Shown here: in pieces, positions 9,378-17,495 of the stretch | How the letters are laid out: every line of letters starts with the position of its first letter | Position numbering within the stretch: the stretch's first letter is position 1 | Assembly: GCA_963782055.1 (NCBI GenBank) | Contig: CAWAIF010000003.1 | Location: 2,592,001-2,656,000 of the forward strand | Source of the DNA: an uncultured delta proteobacterium | Lineage (GTDB): Bacteria; Myxococcota_A; Polyangia; Polyangiales; Polyangiaceae | DNA length: 64,000 nucleotides | Reading direction: 5' to 3' | Position numbers and translations under genes: made by a program | Notes under the pieces: generated by a model | The model's input: the letters and a program-made list of their open reading frames with translations, nothing else | Databases searched by the model: none | Told to the model about the DNA's origin: nothing

Positions 9378-10998
9378 CGTGGATGGTCGCGGAGCCCTTC
9401 GGCCTCGCCGTGGAGTGCGTTCGCGGATGGTGCCCGGCCTTGTGGACATGCGGTCGGGTGGTGGCGGTCGTCGTGGCGGTGCTCGTCGCGGCCGGCGGCG
9501 CGGAGGCGCTCGGGGCTGCCGTGGCGGTCTTGGGCAGGGTGGCGCTCCTGTCGGCGCCGGTGGTGGCGGTGCTGGCGGCGGCCACCGAACCGGTGGCGGC
9601 GGCGGTGGTCTGCCCCGCCCCCGCGGCCGCCTGCGAGCCCTCCGCGGTGCCGTGGCTGCGCAGCATGACCGTGGCCAGGCCTACGGCCGTCGCCAGCGCC
9701 AGCAGGAGGCCGAGGGCCACGGCGCCCACTCGCCGCCGCCTGGACGGGGTGGGCGAGAGCTCCTCGTGCAGTGACGACGCGACCGGCACCGACGTGTCCA
9801 CGCGGCCCAGGCCCGACGGGACGGGGGGAGGGAGCGGGAGGGGGGGAGGGAGCGGGAGGGGCTCCTCGCGGGCGGGTGCCGGCGTCGGCCCCACGGCTGC
9901 CGCCTTGCCCCCGGACGCCTCGTCGGTCAGCGACGGCGACGACTCCTTCGGCCCGGCGACGGTGTCCTCGGCGACCAGCTCGCGCAGCCGCTCGCGCTCC
10001 GTCGCCGCGTCCACGGCGACGCCGATGATCCGCTTGCGCTCGGCGATGCGTTCCGCGGTGTGCTCGGCCGCGAAGGCGGCGATGTCGTCGTTGCCGGCGC
10101 GGACGCGGAGCTTGAGCATCGCGTCCTCGATCGCCACGCGCATCTCGGCGGCGGTGGCGAAGCGCTGGTCGGGATCGCGCGCGAGCGCCTTCACGATGAG
10201 CTTCTCCACGGCCGGGTGCGGCACCTGCGGCACCGATTTCACCTCGGCGCCGGTGATGAGGGCGTGCAGGCGCGCCACGTCGTTGGGGCCGTCGTACGGG
10301 GCCGTGCCGGAGAAGAGCTCGTGGGCGACGGCGCCGAGGGCGAAGATGTCGGCGCGGCGATCGATCTCCTTGCCGAGCGCCTGCTCCGGCGCCATGTACC
10401 GGCTCTTGCCCTTGGCGAAGCCAGCGCTGGTGTCCTCCCCGAGCCTGTCGCGCGCCTTGGCCACGCCGAAGTCGATGAGCTTGATCACCCCGTTGATCGG
10501 GATGAGCACGTTCTGGGGGGAGACGTCGCGGTGGATCACGCCGAGCAGGTGCCCGCTGCTGTCGCGCAGCTCGTGGGCGGCGTGCAGCCCGCTGGCCAGG
10601 TCCGCCAGCATGCGCAGCGCGATCGCCGTGGGGAACTTCAGGCCCTTGCGGTCGAGCGCGCGGCGGAGGCGGGAGAGTGGATCGCCGTCCACGTACTCCA
10701 TGACGAGGTAGAGGATGTCGCGCCACTCGCCGAGATCGAGGATCTTGGCCACGTGCGGGTGCTCGACACCGCTGGCGATGCGCGCCTCGTCCAGGAACAT
10801 GGTCTGGAAGCGCTTGTCGAGCGCGAACTCGGGCAGGATCGTCTTGATCGCGACGAGCTTCTGGAAGCCGTGCTTGCCCTTGAGCCGCGCGAGCCACACG
10901 TGGGCCATCCCCCCCCGCGCGATGGCGCAGAGCAGCTCGTACCGGTCCAGCACCAGGCCGGGCTCGAGCTGGATCGCGGCGGGTAGCTCACCGGACAT
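9361..10998 (-). CDS. Hanks-type Ser/Thr protein kinase with TM helix and T/A-rich tail
   Basis: ARGGMAHVW, VAIK, HRDVSPQN, DFG, YMAPEQ, DIFALG. Confidence 0.95.
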   Translation of the reverse strand: MSGELPAAIQLEPGLVLDRYELLCAIARGGMAHVWLARLKGKHGFQKLVAIKTILPEFALDKRFQTMFLDEARIASGVEHPHVAKILDLGEWRDILYLVMEYVDGDPLSRLRRALDRKGLKFPTAIALRMLADLASGLHAAHELRDSSGHLLGVIHRDVSPQNVLIPINGVIKLIDFGVAKARDRLGEDTSAGFAKGKSRYMAPEQALGKEIDRRADIFALGAVAHELFSGTAPYDGPNDVARLHALITGAEVKSVPQVPHPAVEKLIVKALARDPDQRFATAAEMRVAIEDAMLKLRVRAGNDDIAAFAAEHTAERIAERKRIIGVAVDAATERERLRELVAEDTVAGPKESSPSLTDEASGGKAAAVGPTPAPAREEPLPLPPPLPLPPPVPSGLGRVDTSVPVASSLHEELSPTPSRRRRVGAVALGLLLALATAVGLATVMLRSHGTAEGSQAAAGAGQTTAAATGSVAAASTATTGADRSATLPKTATAAPSASAPPAATSTATTTATTRPHVHKAGHHPRTHSTARPKGSATIHDVVIQ

Positions 10999-11116
10999 GA
11001 GCCACCATTATCGGTCCCCCGGCCACAAAAGGCGAGGCCCGGCTGATCCGGCACCCGGGCCTGGCCCACGCCGCGCGAAAGACCTGCGCCCAGAGGCGCG
11101 CCGGCGGCGCTACTGG

Positions 11117-12580
11117 TCAGTTGGGCGGGGGAGGGGGAGGGGGCTTGGAGTCGTCCTGCACGCAGGAGGAGAGGTCGAAGAAGAGGAACTCCAGCGCCGT
11201 CTCGTCGACGTGGTGCGGGTCGTTCGAGTTCTGCGCGTTGCAGAAGCCGGAGAAGGAGGACCCGGAGAGGTGCACGTCGGAGAAGACGGCGCGGCCGCAC
11301 TGCTTGTCCACCTGCGCGTTCACCGGCGCGTTGAAGCTGAGGTAGAGCGTGGAGTAGTCGCTCGTGGAGCCATCGTAGATCCAGCGCGTGGCCTTGCCCG
11401 TGGTCACCTTGTCGACGTCCTCCCGGATGTCGTAGAGGGCGAGCTGCCCGTAGGTGCCTCCCTGCACGTTCTGGATCCAGTCCGCCATCGACTTGCCCTT
11501 CGGGAAGGAGGTGTCGATGTAGTACGGCGGGGCGGAGTACTTGCCGCCGCCGTCACCGCGCCAGTCGGCCACGGCGTTGAAGTCGGCGGGGCCCTTGCAA
11601 CTGTTGTCGGGGAAGTAGCCCGCGCTGCACTGCGAGTTGTTGGCGAAGAAGTTGTAGTGGTAGTGCGTGCCGAAGAAGCGGCCGCCGTTGTTCAGGTACT
11701 GCTGCATGTTGGCGTACCCGGAGCCGCGGTCGTAGGTGTTGCACTCGCACGAGTTGAAGACGAGGTCGTACTTGTTCAGGTTCCCCGCGTTCTGCCAGAG
11801 GTCGGTGTAGGCGTTGCCCGGCGAGCCGGGGACCTGCTGGCCGTCGTCGTGGCCGCGGAAGATCTGCACGCGGCCCGTACCGTTCGGCCCGCCGGTGAAC
11901 TCCGAGTCGTCGATCCCGATGGTGTTGCGCAAGAAGCACTCGCCGTAGTCGCACCCCGTCGTCAGCGCGATGCGCGGGATGTTGTCGTCCGGGGAGGTCT
12001 CCTTCTGCTTGCGCGGCAGGCGCATGAAGTCCTCCTTCGTGGAGTCCTTCACCACCTTCTTGGTGTTGTAGACGTTGTCTGTGCACTGCTTGACCTCGGG
12101 CAGGATCAGGTGGCGGCGCCACTTGCCGAGCTGCAGCACGAGGGGGATGTCGGTCCCGACGGGGACGTCCTTGATCTGGAAGTAGCCGGTCGCGTCCGTC
12201 GTCGCCGAGGCGATGGGAGAGCCGGAGGCCGGCGCCTGGCACTGGGTGCACTTCGGTCCGGAGTCGATGGGCGAGAGCGGGGCGTTGGGGACGTAGACGT
12301 AGACGTTGTAGAGCGGGCGCACGCCGCCCGGGTCGTAGACGATGCCGGAGATGGTGGTCGACGCGCCGCCGCCGCAGGTGACCTTCTGGCACTCCAGGTT
12401 CACGCACGGGTGCGCGCCGTCGGTGTCGGCGTCTCCGCCGAAGGGATTGCCGCCGTCGGCGCCGAAGGGGTTGCCGCCGTCGGCGCCGTTGTTGTTGAAG
12501 CCGCTGTTGTTGTTCGACCCGCAGGCCGCGGCGACGACGAGCGCGGCCGCGGCGAGCACGAGGGGGGAAAAGGAACGCAT
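11117..12580 (-). CDS. Secreted lipoprotein, paralog A (carboxypeptidase-regulatory-like Ig domain plus alpha/beta domain)
   Basis: AAAC lipobox; TISGIVYDPGG..PLYNVYVYVP..ATTDATGYF; poly-Pro C-terminus. Confidence 0.8.
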   Translation of the reverse strand: MRSFSPLVLAAAALVVAAACGSNNNSGFNNNGADGGNPFGADGGNPFGGDADTDGAHPCVNLECQKVTCGGGASTTISGIVYDPGGVRPLYNVYVYVPNAPLSPIDSGPKCTQCQAPASGSPIASATTDATGYFQIKDVPVGTDIPLVLQLGKWRRHLILPEVKQCTDNVYNTKKVVKDSTKEDFMRLPRKQKETSPDDNIPRIALTTGCDYGECFLRNTIGIDDSEFTGGPNGTGRVQIFRGHDDGQQVPGSPGNAYTDLWQNAGNLNKYDLVFNSCECNTYDRGSGYANMQQYLNNGGRFFGTHYHYNFFANNSQCSAGYFPDNSCKGPADFNAVADWRGDGGGKYSAPPYYIDTSFPKGKSMADWIQNVQGGTYGQLALYDIREDVDKVTTGKATRWIYDGSTSDYSTLYLSFNAPVNAQVDKQCGRAVFSDVHLSGSSFSGFCNAQNSNDPHHVDETALEFLFFDLSSCVQDDSKPPPPPPPN

Positions 12581-12604
12581 CGTCGACCTCTCAGGCACGT
12601 CTTC

Positions 12605-14110
12605 TCAGTTGGGCGGCGGCGGCGGCGGCGGCTTGGAGTCGTCCTGCACGCACGACGAGAGGTCGAAGAAGAGGAACTCCAGCGCGGTCTCGTCGACGTG
12701 GTGTCCGTCGTTCGGGTTCGTCGCGTTGCAGAAGCCGGAGAAGGAGGACCCGGAGAGGTGCACGTCGGAGAAGACGGCGCGGCCGCACTGCTTGTCCACC
12801 TGGCTGTTCACCGGCGCGTTCCAGCTCAGGTAGAAGGTCTGGTAGGGGCCCTTGAAGGGGGTGGATCCGGAGTAGATCCACGGCGTCGCCTTGCCCTGCG
12901 TGACCATCGCCACGTCGTCGCGGATGTCATAGAGCTTGAGCTGCCCGTAGGGGGTGTTGTCGCCGACGGCCTTGTTGATGTTGTCCAGCCAGTCGGCCAT
13001 CGCCTTGCCCTTGGGGAAGGGGTTCTGCTGGGTGCCGGTGTAGATGTAATAGGGCGAGGACTGGTAGCCGCCGCCCAGCCACTGCGCGACGCTCGCCATG
13101 TCGCTCGGGCCCTTGCAGGTGTTGTCGTAGACGCACTGCGCCTGGCTGGCGAAGAAGTTGTAGTGGTAGTGCGTGCCGAAGAAGCGACCGCCGTTGTCCA
13201 GGTAGTCCTTCATGTTGGCGTAGCCGGTGCCGCGGTCGTACGTCGTGCACTCGCACGAGTTGTAGACGATGTCGTACTTGTTCAGGTTCCCCTTGTTCTC
13301 CCAGAGGTCCGTGTAGGCGTTGCCGGGGGTGCCGGGGAGCTGCTGGCCATCGTCATGGCCGCGGAAGAGGTGCACGCGGCCGCTGCCGTTCGGTCCGGTG
13401 AACTCGGAGGCGTCGATGCCGATGGTGTTGCGCAAGAAGCACTCGCCGAAGTCACACCCGGTCGTCAGGGCGATCAGCGGGAGGCTGTCGTCGGGGGAGC
13501 TCTCCTTGTTCTTCTTCGGCAGGCGCATGAAGGTCTCGAGCGTGTTGTCCGAGAGCGACTTCTTGGTGTTGTAGGTGTTGTCGGTGCACTGCTTCACCTG
13601 CGGGAGGGTCAGGTGGCGGCGCCACTTGCCGAGCTGGAGCACCAGCGGGATGTTGGTCCCGACCGGCACGTCGGTGATCTGGAAGTGCCCCTTGGCGTCC
13701 GTCGTCGCGGAGACGAGCGGGGAGCCGGAGGCCGGCGCCTGGCACGCGGTGCACACCGGGCCGGTGGTGATCGCCGCGAGCGGCGCGTTGGGCACGTAGA
13801 CGTAGACGTTGTAGAGCGGCCGCTTGCCGCCCGGGTCGTAGACGTAGCCGGAGACGGTGGTGGCCGAGCCGCCGCCGCAGGAGACCTGCTGGCACTCCAG
13901 GCCGACGCACGGGTGCGCGCCGTCGGTGTCGCCCCCGTCGAAGTTCTGGAATGGATCGGCGTCGGGATCGGTCGTACCGGAGTCATCGTCCGGCGTGGAC
14001 GCGTCATCACCGAACTGCGACTGCGGCTGGGTGCCGCACCCCTGGACGAACCAGCCCGCCAAGGCGAGCCCCGACACGGCGCCCGCGAACAAGAAAGCCT
14101 TGAGCTTCAT
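12605..14110 (-). CDS. Secreted lipoprotein, paralog B (tandem duplicate of A)
   Basis: VQGC lipobox; collinear with 11117-12580 and sharing the identical tail ETALEFLFFDLSSCVQDDSKPPPPPPPN. Confidence 0.8.
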   Translation of the reverse strand: MKLKAFLFAGAVSGLALAGWFVQGCGTQPQSQFGDDASTPDDDSGTTDPDADPFQNFDGGDTDGAHPCVGLECQQVSCGGGSATTVSGYVYDPGGKRPLYNVYVYVPNAPLAAITTGPVCTACQAPASGSPLVSATTDAKGHFQITDVPVGTNIPLVLQLGKWRRHLTLPQVKQCTDNTYNTKKSLSDNTLETFMRLPKKNKESSPDDSLPLIALTTGCDFGECFLRNTIGIDASEFTGPNGSGRVHLFRGHDDGQQLPGTPGNAYTDLWENKGNLNKYDIVYNSCECTTYDRGTGYANMKDYLDNGGRFFGTHYHYNFFASQAQCVYDNTCKGPSDMASVAQWLGGGYQSSPYYIYTGTQQNPFPKGKAMADWLDNINKAVGDNTPYGQLKLYDIRDDVAMVTQGKATPWIYSGSTPFKGPYQTFYLSWNAPVNSQVDKQCGRAVFSDVHLSGSSFSGFCNATNPNDGHHVDETALEFLFFDLSSCVQDDSKPPPPPPPN

Positions 14111-14219
14111 TTGCTGCCTCCCGCGCCGATTGTGACGTGGCGTCCGCACGACTTCAACCGCGCGAACGGGCGGGATGGAAGGTGAGTGCGACAGTGTAGG
14201 TGAAGGGAGGCCCGATGGT

Positions 14220-14248
14220 TTGACGTGACCGCCGGACCTCGGTAACCC
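14220..14248 (+). promoter_or_regulatory. Putative sigma70-type promoter of the VKOR-DsbA operon
   Basis: TTGACG-17 nt-TAACCC, with ATG 7 nt after the -10 box. Confidence 0.5.
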
Positions 14249-14255
14249 AGTGACC

Positions 14256-15458
14256 ATGTCGCGCACGCGTCTGGCCGCGATCCTGACCGTGGCGGGGGCC
14301 GTCCTGGGGCTCGTCTTCGCCGCGTACTCCACCTACGACTACGCGCAGCACCTGGACCGTCAGGTCCACGGCGTGCACTGCAGCTTCATCCCCGGGGCCA
14401 GCGCGACGAGTCAGGACAACGCCTGCAAGACGGCGCTCTTCAGCCCCTTCTCCGCCGTCCTCCGGCAGAGCTTCTGGGGCGGGATCCCCATCGCCCTCTT
14501 CGCCGTCGGCACCTTCGCCTTCTTCGTCGGCTTCGGCCTGTACATGCTGCTCGCCGGGGAGCGGACGCCGCGCAGGGCGCTCCATTTCCTCGGCATCGTC
14601 GGGTTCGGTCCGTTCGTCGCCTCCGCCGTGATGGCCACCATCTCCGCGCTGGAGCTGCACACCTTCTGCAAGCTGTGTGTCGGCATCTACTTCAGCTCAA
14701 CGCTCGTCGCCGCGTCGGCGGTGATGGGGTGGCTGGTGCTGCGCGGCGAGAAGGACGTGAACGCCCGCCCGCCGGGCAAGCTCCCCGCGCTGCTCGGCTG
14801 GACGCTCGGGCTGGGCCTCGCCGCGCTCCTGCCCGCGGTGGCCTACGCCGGCAGCCTGCCCGACTACCGCCCCTACCTCACGAGCTGCGGCAAGCTGGCG
14901 GTGACGAAGGAGTCGCACGACGCCCTGCTCAAGATCCCCACCACCAACCCGAAGCGCGCGGTCACCCTCTTCGAGGACCCCCTCTGCCCGACGTGCAAGG
15001 CGTTCCACGAGCGGCTGGTCTACGACGGCGTCTTCGACCGGCTCGACGTGACGCTGGTGCTCTTCCCGCTGGACACCGAGTGCAACTGGATGCTCGACCG
15101 CAGCCTCCACCCCGGCGCGTGCGTGCTCAGCAAGGCGCTGCTCTGCGGCAAGGACCGCACGCGCGCGATGCTGGAGTGGTCCTTCGCCAACCAGGACGAT
15201 CTGCGCGACCTCGGCAAGTCCAGCCCCAAGGCGCTGGAGGACCGCATCGTCACGCAGTGGGGCGCCGACATGCGCTCGTGCATCGACTCGCCGGAGACGA
15301 AGGTGCGGCTGAACAGAAATTTGCATTACGCAAGCGACAACCACGTGCCGGTGTCCACCCCGCAGATGTACCTGGGGGATCGCCGCGTCTGCGACGAGGA
15401 CACCGACCTCGGGCTCAAGTACACCCTCAGCCAGCTCGCGCCGGAGGTGCTGCCATGA
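14256..15458 (+). CDS. VKOR family protein fused to a DsbA-like thioredoxin domain
   Basis: VKOR loop Cys (VHCS, NACK), GIPIA, active-site CKLC in TM; C-terminal FEDPLCPTCK, FPLDTECN, VSTP cis-Pro loop. Confidence 0.85.
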   Translation: MSRTRLAAILTVAGAVLGLVFAAYSTYDYAQHLDRQVHGVHCSFIPGASATSQDNACKTALFSPFSAVLRQSFWGGIPIALFAVGTFAFFVGFGLYMLLAGERTPRRALHFLGIVGFGPFVASAVMATISALELHTFCKLCVGIYFSSTLVAASAVMGWLVLRGEKDVNARPPGKLPALLGWTLGLGLAALLPAVAYAGSLPDYRPYLTSCGKLAVTKESHDALLKIPTTNPKRAVTLFEDPLCPTCKAFHERLVYDGVFDRLDVTLVLFPLDTECNWMLDRSLHPGACVLSKALLCGKDRTRAMLEWSFANQDDLRDLGKSSPKALEDRIVTQWGADMRSCIDSPETKVRLNRNLHYASDNHVPVSTPQMYLGDRRVCDEDTDLGLKYTLSQLAPEVLP

Positions 15459-16213
15459 CCGATGAAGCGCAGGCGCGCCCGCAGCAGGACGGGGGCAAGC
15501 GGGAGCCGAAGGCCAAGCCCGGCCCGATACTCGTCGGCGCGCTGGTGGCGGCCGCCCTGGTGCTGGGGATGACCCTCGTCGTGCGCGGCATGGTCGACTC
15601 GGCGGCCTACCGGCTCGCGCACCCGGAGGCGGTGGCCGCCGAGGCGAAGGTCGCCGTGGCGGACAACACCGAGGCCGCGTACTGCACGCCGGAGTTCAAG
15701 CAGGTGCTCGACCGCGTGCTGCACTCCTGCGGCCTGGTCGGCAGCGAGAACCGGCGCGGCTGCCAGCCGGCGGACGTGAAGACGTTCGCCTCCATCAGCG
15801 ACGCCGACTTCAACGCCCTCTTCACCCCGCTGCGCGATCGCGGGGCTGTCATCATGTTCGACGACGGCAAGGACGACCTGGACGATGGCGCCAAGAAGCT
15901 GCTCGAGCAGAAGTGGCTGGACCGCCGCGGCGCTCGTTACTTCTTCGTCGTGGCGCGCGCGTCGAAGACGGGCACCGCCGACATGAACCGCGCGCTCTCC
16001 CACCGCCGCGCCAACTCGGTCATGCTGGACCTGCAGAGCCAGTACCACGACCCCGACCTGGACAAGCTGGTGGGCCTGCTGTGGCTGGGGAGCGAGTTCG
16101 CCCAGCTCAACAAGGACTACTGCGACTGGCCCAACTCCCGCCCGGGGAAGAAGTGCGACCCCGAGGCGGTCAACCGGAGCGCGTTCGTCTCATGGGTCGA
16201 CTGCCGCTTGTGA
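15455..16213 (+). CDS. Membrane-anchored Cys-rich protein with an OmpA-C-like domain
   Basis: One N-terminal TM; IMFDDGKDDL..ARASKTGTADMNRALSHRRANSV; 6 Cys; ATGA overlap with the upstream gene. Confidence 0.7.
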   Translation: MTDEAQARPQQDGGKREPKAKPGPILVGALVAAALVLGMTLVVRGMVDSAAYRLAHPEAVAAEAKVAVADNTEAAYCTPEFKQVLDRVLHSCGLVGSENRRGCQPADVKTFASISDADFNALFTPLRDRGAVIMFDDGKDDLDDGAKKLLEQKWLDRRGARYFFVVARASKTGTADMNRALSHRRANSVMLDLQSQYHDPDLDKLVGLLWLGSEFAQLNKDYCDWPNSRPGKKCDPEAVNRSAFVSWVDCRL

Positions 16214-16848
16214 TGATCGTCGGCGCGCTCGCGGCCTGCGCCGCGTGCGACGACAAGGGGCCGCCCCCGCCCGCCGCCTCCCGCAGCGAGCAGGTGGTGG
16301 CGAGCGGGAACATGCCCACCGCGGCGCCCAGCGTCGCCTCGGCGGCGCCGGTCGTCACGGCGCCCGCGGCCCCGCGCGTGCTCTGCGACAAGAGCGAGCG
16401 CACCCTCGCCAAGGTGGTGCCGGACTTCGTCGACCGCGCGGGACACGACAAGAAGGCACGCCTACCGCTCGACGACAAGCACCTCATCTGGATCAACTTC
16501 TTCGCCGCGTGGTGCGGCCCGTGCAAGGAGGAGATCCCGCGTATCCAGCGGTTCTCGCAGCGGCTGGTGAAGGACGGCGTGCCCGTGGAGGTCGCCTTCG
16601 TCTCCATCGACGACGACCTGCGGCAGCTCCAGGGCTTCTACGCCGCGCAGCCGGCGACGGGCGTCAAGTCGTCGTACTGGCTCCCCGACGGACCCACGCG
16701 CAACGGCTTCCTCTCGGCGCTCCGGATGAAGACCTCGCCGGAGCTGCCGGAGCACGTCATCGTGGACGGCAAGGGCGAGTCGAAGTGCTTCATCGACGGC
16801 GCCATCGAGGACAAGGACTACGCCGAGCTCCTCTCGGCGCTGAAGTAG
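16192..16848 (+). CDS. TlpA/ResA-like thioredoxin lipoprotein
   Basis: LAAC lipobox; INFFAAWCGPCKEEIP, FVSID, LPEHVIVD. Confidence 0.85.
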   Translation: MGRLPLVMIVGALAACAACDDKGPPPPAASRSEQVVASGNMPTAAPSVASAAPVVTAPAAPRVLCDKSERTLAKVVPDFVDRAGHDKKARLPLDDKHLIWINFFAAWCGPCKEEIPRIQRFSQRLVKDGVPVEVAFVSIDDDLRQLQGFYAAQPATGVKSSYWLPDGPTRNGFLSALRMKTSPELPEHVIVDGKGESKCFIDGAIEDKDYAELLSALK

Positions 16849-16849
16849 C

Positions 16850-17485
16850 GTGCGCGCCGGGCCGGTGCTCGCCGTCGCGCTGGGCGTCGCGCTCGCCACC
16901 TCCGCGCGCGCCGGCGACTCCGGCCTCATCGCCCCCGACGTGCGCATGCCCTTCGCCGTCGGCTGGGCCTACAGCGGCGGGATGCGCTCGCCTGCCCTCG
17001 CCACCGCGCTCGTCGGGGAGGTGGACTTCTACCGCGTGCATCGCGGCCTGGACGTCGGCGTCGCGCTTTCCATCGACAGCCTCTCGCGGCCGGACGTCCA
17101 CGTCCCGGCCGGTACGCCCGGGCCCGGGGTGCTGGGCCTGCTCTTCGGCGGCGGCCTCTTCTGGAGGCCGGGTGGGGGGCTCGCCCTGGGGCTCGGCTCG
17201 GGCATCGGCCCTGTCTTCCGCGGGGACGACGTCGTGGGCCTCGCGCTCGCCACGCGGCTGCAGGTGTGGCCGCGCTACCTGGACGTGAAGGAGTCCACGC
17301 GCTGCGCCGAGGGCGGCCTCCTGACCTACGTGGCGGGTGCGCTGAGCCTGTGGAGCGAGGCGCGCGTGGACTTCAGCGATCAGAGCGGAGGGACGCTCGC
17401 CTTCGGCGGCGCGTTCGACGTCGCCCGCGGGATGATCCTGCCGCTCGTCGGGCTCGCCATGCACCAGGCGTGCAGCCGGGATTGA
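16850..17485 (+). CDS. Hypothetical secreted protein (beta-strand-rich)
   Basis: Signal peptide ending ARA; alternating hydrophobic strands; starts 1 nt after the TlpA stop. Confidence 0.6.
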   Translation: MRAGPVLAVALGVALATSARAGDSGLIAPDVRMPFAVGWAYSGGMRSPALATALVGEVDFYRVHRGLDVGVALSIDSLSRPDVHVPAGTPGPGVLGLLFGGGLFWRPGGGLALGLGSGIGPVFRGDDVVGLALATRLQVWPRYLDVKESTRCAEGGLLTYVAGALSLWSEARVDFSDQSGGTLAFGGAFDVARGMILPLVGLAMHQACSRD

Positions 17486-17495
17486 GCGGCGCCGC

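Noticed and set aside
10715..14185. 1156-aa plus-strand ORF (likewise 40150-43848 +, 28344-30947 -, 60387-62831 -)
   Set aside because: Antisense shadows of well-supported genes; high GC3 leaves the opposite strand stop-poor; no motifs
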